The notes below the pieces were generated by a model. That model was given only the letters and a program-made list of their open reading frames with translations. It had not been told where the DNA came from and ran no database searches. From Acidobacteriota bacterium (GTDB taxonomy: Bacteria; Acidobacteriota; UBA6911): a DNA stretch of 64,000 bases. Of the stretch, positions 23,193-33,523 are shown one piece after another. Every line of letters begins with the position of its first letter. Position 1 is the stretch's first letter. The stretch spans positions 6,624,001 through 6,688,000 of the forward strand of contig OY761556.1 in the NCBI GenBank assembly GCA_963664705.1, in the 5' to 3' direction. A program made the translations under genes and the position numbers.

Positions 23193-24635
23193 TCACCAGG
23201 AGAAGAGTATTTCAGCCCGCAAAAACGTCATCCCATTGGGATGTGCGTAATAATCCCCTTCCCAGAGTTGTTCTCCCTGCAGGTGTCCGCCGATATTTTT
23301 TGTAAATTGATGTTTGAGCACCGCCTGGAGAAAATGGCCGCGGAAATTTCCGTTGTGGCTGAACAGGGTGGGAGATAGCGCCCTCGTGGGGGAATTCTGT
23401 GGAGCCGCGAGAGCATTGTATACCACGCTGAAGGTTTCCTTTTTGCAGGGCGCAAAGCTCCAGCGCAATCCGACGCGTCCGATGTTGTTCATCTGGCCCA
23501 CGTGCCCGCTGGTTTCAGGGATGTAGGAGTATAGGTACATATCGGTCCAGCGGGGCCATCTTCCCCAGAGGACATCAAACATCTCATCCTTGTCCGGTGT
23601 ATTGGGAGAATCGCCCGTGAGATACTCTCCCACCAGCGCAATCTGGTTTTTTCGCCGGTCGCCGAAAGAATAGTTCAACTTTGATTTGACGCCCCAGGCA
23701 GTGATATCTCTTGTGGCAAGGACTCCATCAACCTTTGCCTTTCTGGATCCGGATTGACGGGCAGCTTCAACGGAGTAATCCAGTTTGTGGGGCAGCTTGC
23801 CGGAGAGTTTTGCGCCGTATGTATAGATATTGGCGTCATCCCCAGGTGTAACCGCGGCATTATTAACGAAAAAGGTTTCCGATGTGTTGTGCTTGCGGAT
23901 GAGATAGACGTCGAATTTTGCGCTCTCCGATGATTTGTTCGAGGCGTACAGGATAAATCCGCGCTCGTTCTGATCGCTTTCAGGATACTCGTCGGAGTTG
24001 CCGATCGTGGGGAGCACTCTTCCCGGAAGGGCCTTATCGTCAAAGTAGATGATATCGAAGGTAGTTCGGATCTTTTCGGCCCTGGCGGTTACGCGTATGG
24101 AATCCAGGTAGGAGGTGAAGGAGCCTTCGTTTGGGGAGGCATCATTTACCAGCCAATAGTCGCCGGGGTCTCCCAGCGAGATATCCTGCCGCCCTGCCGT
24201 AATTGTGATGGGTTTGTTGAAGGCATTTTCCCATTTCACATTCAGGTTATCAAAAATCCCGTAGCGCCATTCAAGCCCGCTTCTCCCGCGATATGCCGCA
24301 ACGAATGCGGGTTGAGCCCATTCTCTGGGCTCTGCGGCTAGCCGAAGATTGAATTTGAGGTTATGGGCCGGAGCGAACGTAGCCCAGACCTTCGTCCGAT
24401 AGCGCACGACGTTCTGTTCGGCGATCGGGTTGTCATGGGTCAGGGTTATGACATTTGAAAAGTATTCATTGCGAACGCGAAAATCAGCGCCCCATTCCAG
24501 CCACATTGTCGGGTGCTTAATCTTCTTGGTTATGGTATCTGTATTCTGCTGCGGGGGAGTGTTGCGCTCCTCTGCACAGCAGCATGTAACGGTAAACAGG
24601 GCAATAAGCCCGCAAAAATAACGCAGTGACCGCAT
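23193..24635 (-). CDS. Alginate-export (AlgE-like) outer-membrane beta-barrel protein
   Basis: Signal peptide, GADFRVRNEY, AGRQDI, amphipathic strands, C-terminal aromatic residue (FSW). Confidence 0.75.
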   Translation of the reverse strand: MRSLRYFCGLIALFTVTCCCAEERNTPPQQNTDTITKKIKHPTMWLEWGADFRVRNEYFSNVITLTHDNPIAEQNVVRYRTKVWATFAPAHNLKFNLRLAAEPREWAQPAFVAAYRGRSGLEWRYGIFDNLNVKWENAFNKPITITAGRQDISLGDPGDYWLVNDASPNEGSFTSYLDSIRVTARAEKIRTTFDIIYFDDKALPGRVLPTIGNSDEYPESDQNERGFILYASNKSSESAKFDVYLIRKHNTSETFFVNNAAVTPGDDANIYTYGAKLSGKLPHKLDYSVEAARQSGSRKAKVDGVLATRDITAWGVKSKLNYSFGDRRKNQIALVGEYLTGDSPNTPDKDEMFDVLWGRWPRWTDMYLYSYIPETSGHVGQMNNIGRVGLRWSFAPCKKETFSVVYNALAAPQNSPTRALSPTLFSHNGNFRGHFLQAVLKHQFTKNIGGHLQGEQLWEGDYYAHPNGMTFLRAEILFSW

Positions 24636-24740
24636 CCCGGACTCCAATGGTGACAAAAAACCAGACAGCTTACACTATAAAGTTAGTGGATGCCACTCCA
24701 TTTTCGTCGAAAATGGGAGATATCCCTATCTGGAGGTAGC

Positions 24741-25706
24741 ATGGAAAGAACCGTAATGACCGTAACCGGTCCGATTCCCCTGGAAAGCTTGGGTCTGACG
24801 CTGATGCACGAGCATTGCACTTTTGCCTATCCGGGATGGTTTGCGGATGAGAGCGTGGAACCTTACAGTCCCGAGAAAGCGGAGGCTGCATGTCTGAAAG
24901 TTCTCGCGGACATTAAGGGACTTGGAGTGCGGACGGTGGTGGATGCGACGGCTGCGGATGTGGGTGGACGGGATCCGCATTTACTGAAGCGGCTGTCGGA
25001 AAAGTCCGGCGTTCACATCATTGCAGCCACGGGGCTGTTTCCTGAAAGCGTGGGAGCAGCCAATTATTACAAGTGGCAATCCGCCATGCGAGGACGAAAC
25101 ATTGCGGAGGACCTTTATGAACTCTTCACCACGGAATTGACAGTAGGGATTCGAGGGTCAGGGGTTAAAGCCGGGATCCTCAAAGTGGCAACAGGCGATC
25201 CCGGGATCACGGACTATGAGGCGGTGGTCTTCGAAGTTGCCGTGAAGGTGGCCAGGGAAAGAGGGATTTCCATCATCACTCATACCGAGGCTGCGACCGT
25301 TGCACCGCTTCAGCAGGATCTTTTCCTCAAGCTTGGAGCGGATCCGGCCAGAATCATGATCGGGCATCAGAATAATTCCGAGGACATCAACTATGCTTTG
25401 AATCAACTGGAGAGGCCCGGTTTTTATCTCGGATTCGACCGCAGCAATCCTCTGATGTCGTCCGCATCGGAGGATAACATCGTCGAACTGGTGAAGCGTG
25501 GATATGGGGACCGCATCATGCTTTCCCATGACTACATTTTCTACTGGCTGGGTCGTTCCGGGAAACTGGATCCCAGGTTTGCCGCCTGGTATCCCGACTA
25601 CATTTTCAAACGGCTGATTCCCAGGATGAATGCAGCCGGCATCACGGAACAGCAAATTCAAAGCATCCTGACCGATAATCCTCGCCGGTTTTTCGGTGGC
25701 GCTTAG
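24741..25706 (+). CDS. Phosphotriesterase-family (Php-like) amidohydrolase/lactonase
   Basis: TLMHEH, LKVAT, ITHT, IGH, LSHD, DNPRRFF; GGAGGT RBS. Confidence 0.9.
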   Translation: MERTVMTVTGPIPLESLGLTLMHEHCTFAYPGWFADESVEPYSPEKAEAACLKVLADIKGLGVRTVVDATAADVGGRDPHLLKRLSEKSGVHIIAATGLFPESVGAANYYKWQSAMRGRNIAEDLYELFTTELTVGIRGSGVKAGILKVATGDPGITDYEAVVFEVAVKVARERGISIITHTEAATVAPLQQDLFLKLGADPARIMIGHQNNSEDINYALNQLERPGFYLGFDRSNPLMSSASEDNIVELVKRGYGDRIMLSHDYIFYWLGRSGKLDPRFAAWYPDYIFKRLIPRMNAAGITEQQIQSILTDNPRRFFGGA

Positions 25707-25727
25707 AAGGAAAGGCTGTCCAGATCT

Positions 25728-27077
25728 TTATGAATGGCACAAAGTGCGCGCTTCGCGGACTCTTTTGCGAATGCGCATGGACAGCAATGCCGCGGCGGCG
25801 ATCAGCCCCGTTAAAAATCCATACCAGATTCCAGGGGCGCCCAGGTGCAAAGTAAAAGCGCATAGATAGCTGGTGCAAAGTCCGATGACCATGTAGGAGA
25901 AGCCGGAGATGAACATAGGGGCCTTCACATCGGCGAAACCCCGGAGGATTCCAAGGCAGACAATCTGGATTCCATCAAATAGTTGAAATAATGCCGCCAC
26001 CATCAGCAGGGAAGCGGCAACATTGATGACATGAACATCCGTGGTAAATACGCGAGGCAGTGCCTGGCGGAAAATGAAAAATCCCAGGCCACACAGGCTC
26101 ATATAGACCAGAACGAGATGCAGCGCTGAATAGGCAACCCTGCCTATTTCATCATAGCTCCCAGTGCCACGCTGGAAGCTGACGCGAATCGTGGTTGCCA
26201 TCGCCACTCCGTTGGCGAGCATGAAAGTGAAACTGGCCAATCCCAGGGCGACCTGATGGGACGCCAGCGGAACAGGGCCGAGCCATCCCATCATAACCGC
26301 ACTGACGGCGTAGGATGCAACTTCGAGGACCAGCTGCACGGCAATTGGAAGGCCAAGGGCAAAGATTTTCCAGATTTCGCGGGAAGTGGCCTTTGCCGTA
26401 TGCAATAACGCAAAATATCTTCCGGTGCTCTTCAGGTAGCTGAACCCTGCATACATGAGCAGCGGCATGGTTGCCCTGGCGGTAAGCGTTGCATACCCGG
26501 ACCCCATCAGGCCCAGCCGTGGAAAGCCCATGTTTCCAAAAATCAAGGTGTAGTTCAGGAAAATATTCAGGGCATTGGCAAAGATCGTTACCGCCATGGC
26601 AATGATCGTGTTGCCCAATCCTTCGCCGATCTGCTTCAGCAATGTGAAAACCAGGAAGGGTATCGTCGATAGAACCAGGGCTCTGTAGAATGGCACGGCG
26701 AGGCGAACGACCTCTTCCGTTTGTCCCATGTGGGGCATTGCCCAGGATATCGACCAAGCGGAGAGTGTAATGGCCGGAACCAGCAGGCCGGTGAGTGCGA
26801 ATCCGCTTTTCATCGTGACCGCGACCTGTAAATCGTCATTCGCTCCCCGGAACTGTCCTACAAGCGGAGTGATTCCCAGAAAGATCCCCAGGCCAAACAG
26901 CATGACAACCATATAGATGTTGTTGGCGAAGGAAGCAGCCGCCAATTCGGCAGTGCCGACACGCCCTACCATGGCCGTGTCGACTAATTGAACGGACATC
27001 TGCCCGGCCTGTGTCAGCACCAGGGGGATGGCGAGCTGCAGCAGCTGTGTGTAATGAGAGTAGTATTTCCGCAACAT
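25728..27077 (-). CDS. MATE family efflux transporter (NorM-like)
   Basis: VDTAMVGRVG, FQLFDGIQ..LRGFAD, about 12 TM segments. Confidence 0.92.
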   Translation of the reverse strand: MLRKYYSHYTQLLQLAIPLVLTQAGQMSVQLVDTAMVGRVGTAELAAASFANNIYMVVMLFGLGIFLGITPLVGQFRGANDDLQVAVTMKSGFALTGLLVPAITLSAWSISWAMPHMGQTEEVVRLAVPFYRALVLSTIPFLVFTLLKQIGEGLGNTIIAMAVTIFANALNIFLNYTLIFGNMGFPRLGLMGSGYATLTARATMPLLMYAGFSYLKSTGRYFALLHTAKATSREIWKIFALGLPIAVQLVLEVASYAVSAVMMGWLGPVPLASHQVALGLASFTFMLANGVAMATTIRVSFQRGTGSYDEIGRVAYSALHLVLVYMSLCGLGFFIFRQALPRVFTTDVHVINVAASLLMVAALFQLFDGIQIVCLGILRGFADVKAPMFISGFSYMVIGLCTSYLCAFTLHLGAPGIWYGFLTGLIAAAALLSMRIRKRVREARTLCHS

Positions 27078-27101
27078 AATTTATCCGGCGGACGCACAGC
27101 G

Positions 27102-27160
27102 CAATCCGTGAGATTCGTGGCTAAAAAGCGAATGCAAGCCGGCCACGATCTCACGAATTG
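27102..27160. repeat. Inverted repeat of 9-mer (ATTCGTGAG-like) units
   Basis: CAATCCGTGAGATTCGTGGC ... GCCACGATCTCACGAATTG; related to the hairpin at 14964-15012. Confidence 0.55.
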
Positions 27161-27176
27161 TACAGGGACAGTGCCT

Positions 27177-28076
27177 TTATTTCGCAGGCATTTTGAAGAT
27201 GTCCGGGAGAGTATTGGGAAAGGATTCCCTGGAGCGGCCGGCCGTCAGCGATTCCGGGACAGCTTTCGCCAGTTCTTCCGGCGTCCAGGTGCCGTCCTTG
27301 GTGATCTTTTTGGCAATCGGTTGCGGCTCCACAAAAATGGCTACGTGTCCGTGCAGAACTTCAAAGATGCATCCGTTAATGTGATCGGCTGCTTCACTGA
27401 CAAGGTATGTTGCGAGAGCGGCCACATCTTCCGGCTTATTGGCCTCGATTAGGGGGTCTCTGACTGCGGGGCCGGGGCCTCGCCAGAGAGCAATCGGACG
27501 AAGGACATTGCAGGTGGTTCCGAAAGGAGCCATTTCTCGTGCCACCGTTCGCGCGAAACCGACAATACCTTCTTTGACCGTTGAATAACTCGCCTGCCCC
27601 GGGAAGCCGAAACCGATGTGCGAAGATGTGCAGAGAATGCGACCATAGTTCTGTTTCTTCATATAGGCAGTCGCAGCTCGCGTGCAATACATCATTCCAT
27701 ATAGATGCGTCTTGATCGTAAGATCCCAGTCTTCCGTTTTGATTTTGTCGATATCCTGGTGCCGGATGATGCCGGCATTATTAATCAGGATGTCGATTCT
27801 TCCGAATTCATCGATTGCCTGGCGGATGATAGAGGCGGCGCCATCTTCTGTCGTCACACTCGCGTAATTGGCGACGGCGGTACCTCCCGATTGTCGAATT
27901 TGCTCGACCACACGGTCTGCGTCATCCCGGCCCGCTCCATGGCCATCGTGAGAGGTCCCGAGGTCGTTTACGACCACGCAGGCTCCCTGTGCTGCAAAAC
28001 TGATTGCATCCGCCCGGCCAAGGCCGTTTCCGGCTCCGGTGATAACGGCTACGCGACCTTTCAGCATGTCTCCCAT
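27177..28076 (-). CDS. SDR family NAD(P)-dependent oxidoreductase
   Basis: TGAGNGLG, NNAG, YSTVK catalytic motif. Confidence 0.93.
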   Translation of the reverse strand: MGDMLKGRVAVITGAGNGLGRADAISFAAQGACVVVNDLGTSHDGHGAGRDDADRVVEQIRQSGGTAVANYASVTTEDGAASIIRQAIDEFGRIDILINNAGIIRHQDIDKIKTEDWDLTIKTHLYGMMYCTRAATAYMKKQNYGRILCTSSHIGFGFPGQASYSTVKEGIVGFARTVAREMAPFGTTCNVLRPIALWRGPGPAVRDPLIEANKPEDVAALATYLVSEAADHINGCIFEVLHGHVAIFVEPQPIAKKITKDGTWTPEELAKAVPESLTAGRSRESFPNTLPDIFKMPAK

Positions 28077-28320
28077 GAAAACTCCTTTCGCGTTGTTGAG
28101 GTAAGGTCGTCATTCGTCCCGGTCAAGCTGGGGTGAGTTTTAGGGACGAGATGATGGGGCATCATCTCGGAACCGCGACGGGAAAGTCCAGGAAATAGTG
28201 CGCGATCATTTTGTGGCGATCCGGGAATAGTTTATTTGAAATATTGAAATATGGGGGCGATGCCTTCGGCATCAAGCGTGGGTCTTGCGTCGGTTCCACC
28301 GCAAAAAGTATACTCGTCGA

Positions 28321-29556
28321 ATGAGCGACATATCGATAATCTCACCCGCGGTGCTGAAGCTGCTCGACAGGGGCGCGATTATTCCCTGTCCCTCCTCTGT
28401 GGAGGTGGATGATTCCATTAACCCTGAACGCATCGCTCCCGGCGTTGTCGTCCACACGGGGAGCCGTCTTTCAGGGGCAATGACTTCGATCGGGCCCGGA
28501 TCGGAGCTTGGCAGGGAAGGCCCGGTTGTGTTGGAGGACTGCCAGCTCGGGCATAAAGTCGAGCTAAAAGGCGGTTTCTTTTCGGGGGCAACATTCCTGG
28601 ATGGGGCTGTGATGGGGAGCGCGGCGCATGTGAGGCCGGGAACGCTTGTTGAGGAGGGGGCCGGCGGCGCTCACGCGGTAGGTTTCAAGCAGACTATTCT
28701 GCTACCATTTGTGACCGCGGGCAGTCTGATCAATTTCTGTGACGCTCTGATGGCAGGCGGAACCGATCGGAAGAATCATAGCGAAATCGGGTCTTCCTAT
28801 ATTCATTTCAATTTCACTCCGCATCAGGATAAGGCGACTGCTTCGCTGATTGGGGATGTGCCGCGGGGGGTTTTCCTGAATCAAGCCCCGATTTTTCTGG
28901 GCGGGCAGGGCGGGCTGGTAGGCCCCGCGCGGATTGCCTACGGTACGGTTGTTCCCGCCGGCTCGATTTGCCGCAAGGATATTCTCGATGAATCGACCTT
29001 ATTCATCCCTGCATTCGTCGCGGGTGCGCCGCGCAAATTTGTTGCCGGAGTCTACCGAGGGATCAACCGAATCATCGAAAATAATTTGATCTATATCGGG
29101 AATCTGTGGGCTCTGCGAGCCTGGTATGCGGATGTGCGGGTGAGGACGATGGCTGTGGACAGCTATGGTGAGGCATGCCATGCCGGAGCGATCGAGAGGG
29201 TAGATTCCGGACTGAAGGAACGTATCCAGCGACTGAAGGAACTGGCCGGGAAGATGCCGTTGTCCCTCGAGCTTGCGTGTTCCAAAGGAGGTGCGGAACT
29301 GCCCCCCGGTGTCCAGGCTCAGCAGCGTGCGTTGATTGATCGCTGGCCCGAAATGGAATCGCATCTCATGGCCGGGCCGCCCTCCGATACCGGGTCTGCC
29401 GAGCGAGATGCTTTCCTGGAAACGTGGAATAACGTCGATGTATCCGAAGGCCATATCAAAGCCATAGGCGCAATTCCGGAACCGGCGCAGAAGGCGGGAG
29501 TTTTGTGGCTGCAGAGCCTGGTGGATTTCGCTGCAACGCTTTGGACGGCTGTATAG
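28321..29556 (+). CDS. GlmU-like left-handed beta-helix protein without the nucleotidyltransferase domain
   Basis: Hexapeptide-like repeats, HVRPGT segment resembling the GlmU C-domain, directly upstream of glmM. Confidence 0.65.
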   Translation: MSDISIISPAVLKLLDRGAIIPCPSSVEVDDSINPERIAPGVVVHTGSRLSGAMTSIGPGSELGREGPVVLEDCQLGHKVELKGGFFSGATFLDGAVMGSAAHVRPGTLVEEGAGGAHAVGFKQTILLPFVTAGSLINFCDALMAGGTDRKNHSEIGSSYIHFNFTPHQDKATASLIGDVPRGVFLNQAPIFLGGQGGLVGPARIAYGTVVPAGSICRKDILDESTLFIPAFVAGAPRKFVAGVYRGINRIIENNLIYIGNLWALRAWYADVRVRTMAVDSYGEACHAGAIERVDSGLKERIQRLKELAGKMPLSLELACSKGGAELPPGVQAQQRALIDRWPEMESHLMAGPPSDTGSAERDAFLETWNNVDVSEGHIKAIGAIPEPAQKAGVLWLQSLVDFAATLWTAV

Positions 29557-29570
29557 ACGGAGAAAAACTG

Positions 29571-30923
29571 ATGGGACGCATGTTTGGGACCGACGGGGTA
29601 AGAGGGGTGGCGAATATTCACCCGATGACCGCGGAAATGGCGCTTGAAATAGGCCGCGCCACGGCATATATCTGCAAAAAACGCTCAAAGCACAAGCCGG
29701 CAATCGTTATCGGGAGAGATACCCGCATCAGCGGACATATGATCGCATCGGCGTTGACCGCCGGCATCTGTTCCATGGGCGTAGATGTACTTCTCGTCGG
29801 CCCGCTGCCAACACCCGGCATAGCCTTTATGGCGCAGAGTATGCGGGTGGATGCCGGTATGGTTATTTCGGCGTCGCATAACCCCTACCAGGATAATGGC
29901 ATAAAAATCTTTTCCGGCGATGGATTCAAGCTTCCGGATAGCGAGGAAGATGAAATAGAAGATTTGATCGCATCCGGCCGGATTCGCGATGTGCGGCCCA
30001 CGGCAGACGAAATTGGCCGTGTTCGGCGCGTCGAGGATGCGAGCGGACGGTATATTGTGTTCTGCAAAGGCACTTTCCCCGGAGATCAGACGCTGGAAGG
30101 GTTGAGGGTTGTGCTCGATTGCGCAAATGGGGCGACCTACAAAGTGGCGCCTGCCGTCTTTTCCGAACTGGGAGCGTCCGTCAGTGCCATCCATTGCAAT
30201 CCCAATGGCATCAATATTAACGAACGCTGCGGATCGCAGCATACCGAAGATCTCAGTGCGCGAACGGTCGAATCCGGGGCGGATGCGGGACTGGCGTTCG
30301 ACGGCGATGGCGATCGGCTTATTGCGGTCGATGAGAAAGGCAATCGGGTCAGCGGCGATCAAATCCTGGCAATATGCGGTACAATGTACAAAGAGTTGGG
30401 GTTGCTGACCAATAACCTCGTTATCGCCACCGTGATGAGCAATTTCGGGTTTTTCAGGGCCATGCGAAAACTGGGCATTCAGGAAGGCGTCAGCAATGTC
30501 GGAGACCGCTACGTACTGGAAATGATGAAGCAGAAGGGAGCTGTTCTGGGAGGCGAGGACTCTGGGCATGTAATCTTCTTGAATCACCATACAACCGGAG
30601 ATGGAATCATTGCTGCCCTGCAGCTAATGTACGCGGTGCGTCGATCCGGGCAGCCACTGTCCGAGTTAGCCAAAGTGGTAGTCCCGTCACCTCAGCAAAT
30701 CATCAATGTAGACGTCAGAAGCAAACCGCCATTGAGCGACATTCCGGAACTGCAGATGGCGGTCCGGCAGGCAGAGGAAGAACTCGGAGACAGCGGCAGA
30801 GTGTTGATCCGGTATTCGGGGACTCAGTCGATGTGCCGGGTCATGGTGGAAGGACCGACAGAAGACCTCACGAATCGCCTGACCCAGAGACTGGCGGATG
30901 TGGTTCGACAGAAGATCGGCTAG
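29571..30923 (+). CDS. glmM: Phosphoglucosamine mutase
   Basis: FGTDGVRG, SASHNPYQDNG, DGDGDR, RYSGTQ. Confidence 0.95.
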   Translation: MGRMFGTDGVRGVANIHPMTAEMALEIGRATAYICKKRSKHKPAIVIGRDTRISGHMIASALTAGICSMGVDVLLVGPLPTPGIAFMAQSMRVDAGMVISASHNPYQDNGIKIFSGDGFKLPDSEEDEIEDLIASGRIRDVRPTADEIGRVRRVEDASGRYIVFCKGTFPGDQTLEGLRVVLDCANGATYKVAPAVFSELGASVSAIHCNPNGININERCGSQHTEDLSARTVESGADAGLAFDGDGDRLIAVDEKGNRVSGDQILAICGTMYKELGLLTNNLVIATVMSNFGFFRAMRKLGIQEGVSNVGDRYVLEMMKQKGAVLGGEDSGHVIFLNHHTTGDGIIAALQLMYAVRRSGQPLSELAKVVVPSPQQIINVDVRSKPPLSDIPELQMAVRQAEEELGDSGRVLIRYSGTQSMCRVMVEGPTEDLTNRLTQRLADVVRQKIG

Positions 30924-30950
30924 AGCGCCGGGCGATGCAGCAGGAGCGCT

Positions 30951-31979
30951 ATGTCCTTTAAGGTCATTGTAACCAGCGATTTTGATCATATGAGTGAAGT
31001 CGCATCCAGTCTGCTGGTTGAGGATATAAACCGGAAGCTCGAATCCGAGCCGGCTTATGTGCTGGGACTGGCGACCGGGAACTCTCCTACCGGCCTGTAT
31101 AAGCACCTTGCCAAAGCCGCCAATACCGGGAAGATCGATTCAGCAAGGCTGATCAGCTTTAACCTGGACGAATACATCGGGCTGGCCGGAGAGAATGCGC
31201 AGCAAAGGGCCCTGAATAACGAGAGCCGCAGTTATTTTATGGTTCAAGAGCTGTTTGGGCTCCTGCGGAATAAATTTCGCGAAGTGAATGTGCCGTGGGG
31301 GACACTGATTGACCAGGATATTTTTGAGGCTGAACTGAAGGCCAATCCCGAAGATTGGGATTATCAGGGAACCGATAAAGGCAAGGCCGTCGTCATCAAG
31401 CGCGATGCCGCATCAGAATACCTGCGGTGGATCCGACGGGAGATTCTGGATGCCTACGAGGAAAAAATCGATAAATGCGGCGGAATAGATCTGCATGTAA
31501 TCGGTGTGGGGAGCCGTGGGCATGTGGGATTTCACGAGTCCGGCATTCCGTTTGAAAAAAACAAAGTGCTGCTGGTGAAACTGGACGAGGATACAATCAC
31601 CAATGCCGTGCTGGATGGGCACTTTTCGAGCAGGGCCTCGTGTCCGCTCTACGCTGTGTCCATGGGGGCCGAGCTGATCTATCGTGCAAAAACAGTACTG
31701 CTTCTCGCAAACGGCGAGAGAAAAGCGAATGCAATTGCCAGCGCTTTGCTTCGTGGGCCCCACTGTTCCGTGCCCATTTCCTATGGACACCTCCTGTCTC
31801 AAAGCGGCGGGCGCATGATTTTTGTCATCGACCGGCTCGCTGCGGCGGGAATTCTGGATAAGACGGATCAACTGCGGAAACATGGAGTCGAACTGGAGGA
31901 TCGCAGTTCAGAGCAGGCAACTGTGGCTGTGGCCGATCTGCTGTTTTCCAGGGATGCGCGCACGGGCAGGATTCACTAA
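30951..31979 (+). CDS. Glucosamine-6-phosphate deaminase/isomerase-like protein with an internal insertion
   Basis: LGLATGNSP, NLDEYIGL, GGIDL, GHVGFHE. Confidence 0.8.
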   Translation: MSFKVIVTSDFDHMSEVASSLLVEDINRKLESEPAYVLGLATGNSPTGLYKHLAKAANTGKIDSARLISFNLDEYIGLAGENAQQRALNNESRSYFMVQELFGLLRNKFREVNVPWGTLIDQDIFEAELKANPEDWDYQGTDKGKAVVIKRDAASEYLRWIRREILDAYEEKIDKCGGIDLHVIGVGSRGHVGFHESGIPFEKNKVLLVKLDEDTITNAVLDGHFSSRASCPLYAVSMGAELIYRAKTVLLLANGERKANAIASALLRGPHCSVPISYGHLLSQSGGRMIFVIDRLAAAGILDKTDQLRKHGVELEDRSSEQATVAVADLLFSRDARTGRIH

Positions 31980-32020
31980 TCAGAACCAAATTTCCCGATA
32001 TCATCTTTTTAAGGATTGTC

Positions 32021-33328
32021 ATGAGCACTGAGATTGCGAACGAAAAGCGAAGCGCTTTTCCTGCGGTTTTCTGGATAGCCAACACCATCGAAATCCTGGA
32101 GCGACTGGCCTATTACGGAATCTATTTCGGATTCGGCATCTACATGGAACGGCTGGGATACACGCGGGCCCAGCTTGGGAACGTTCAGAGCTTATTCCTC
32201 CTGCTTTCCTACGGGATGCCTGTAATATCCGGATCCTTTGCCGACAGGTTCGGCTTTAAAAAGGTGCTCATTGTTTCGTACCTTGCGTATTTGCCTTCTA
32301 TTTTGCTGTTGATGTATACCAAGAGCTATTCGGGAATCCTCCTGACGATGCTCTCGATCGGACTGTCGGCGGGAATTTTCAAGCCGCTGGTAGCCGGAAC
32401 TGTTCGTGCCGTCACCGACAGAACCAACAAGACCCTGGGGTTCGGCATTTTTTACGCCATGGTCAATATTGGAGGGACTTTTGGGCCCATTATCATGGGG
32501 AAACTGCGGGCCATCTCCTGGGACCATGCTTTTATCGCAGCCGCCATTTCCATCTGCTTCATGCTGCTGCTTACCATTTTCTTCTATAAGGAACCGGAAC
32601 GGGAGATAGAGGGAACAACCCTTGGTCAGAAAATGAAGGAGATAGGGATCGCGCTCCGGGATTACAAATTCACCTTTCTCCTCGTTTTGATGGGGTTTTT
32701 CTTTTGGCTCCCCTTCTGGGCATTTTTCAACCTCAGCGCCGTATATGTCGACCGCAACCTTGATACCGTCCGGCTATACGAAAATATTCGAAGCCTGCTG
32801 GGTTCCGGATTTGCCAACTTCTTTTCTTCCGTGGATGAAAAAGGCGTGCGCCGAATCCTGGGCGAAACCCTTTCGAGTACCGGCTACATCATCATTGTTT
32901 TCCAGTTGCTTGTATCTCGAATTTCGGAACGTTTCAGGGCCATGCCCACCTTTCTGTTCGGGTTGATTCTCCTGACGGTAGGATTTGGAGTGATCGGTCT
33001 GGCCGCCGTGACCTTCCCCGCAATTGTGTTCCTGGGCATCTTTATTTTTGCGATCGGTGAAATGGTCTCTTCGCCCCGTATCCAGGAGTATCTCACCTGG
33101 ATAGCCCCAAAAGAAAAAGCCGGGTTGTATATGGGGATGAATTTTCTTGCCACCATGATTGGCGCCGCTTTGAGCGGAATCACCTATACGCGTCTCTCCG
33201 GATACTTCAATGAGCAGGGTTCCCCGGAATACACCTGGTATGTTCTGGCAGTGCATAGCGCCCTGGGGATTATCGCATTGGCGGCCTATACAAAGCTGAT
33301 CGGGGAGTTCAAGGAACAGGCACGATAG
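32021..33328 (+). CDS. MFS transporter (POT/PTR-like)
   Basis: EILERLAYYG (ExxERxxYY) motif, FYAMVNIG. Confidence 0.85.
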   Translation: MSTEIANEKRSAFPAVFWIANTIEILERLAYYGIYFGFGIYMERLGYTRAQLGNVQSLFLLLSYGMPVISGSFADRFGFKKVLIVSYLAYLPSILLLMYTKSYSGILLTMLSIGLSAGIFKPLVAGTVRAVTDRTNKTLGFGIFYAMVNIGGTFGPIIMGKLRAISWDHAFIAAAISICFMLLLTIFFYKEPEREIEGTTLGQKMKEIGIALRDYKFTFLLVLMGFFFWLPFWAFFNLSAVYVDRNLDTVRLYENIRSLLGSGFANFFSSVDEKGVRRILGETLSSTGYIIIVFQLLVSRISERFRAMPTFLFGLILLTVGFGVIGLAAVTFPAIVFLGIFIFAIGEMVSSPRIQEYLTWIAPKEKAGLYMGMNFLATMIGAALSGITYTRLSGYFNEQGSPEYTWYVLAVHSALGIIALAAYTKLIGEFKEQAR

Positions 33329-33523
33329 GCAATAGGCAGTGGGTTGATATGGTTTTTCGGGTATCATTCCGGGGATATTTACCCGAAAGGCACTGAGGGC
33401 CGATACATTTCCACTTGCTTTAGTTGGCTCGCAAAGATAGATATTATAGGTTTTATTGGGAGAACTATCGGTTCGCCGACTGCATTCTCGATCGCGCTAT
33501 AATTAGGAAGAACAGGATTACGG

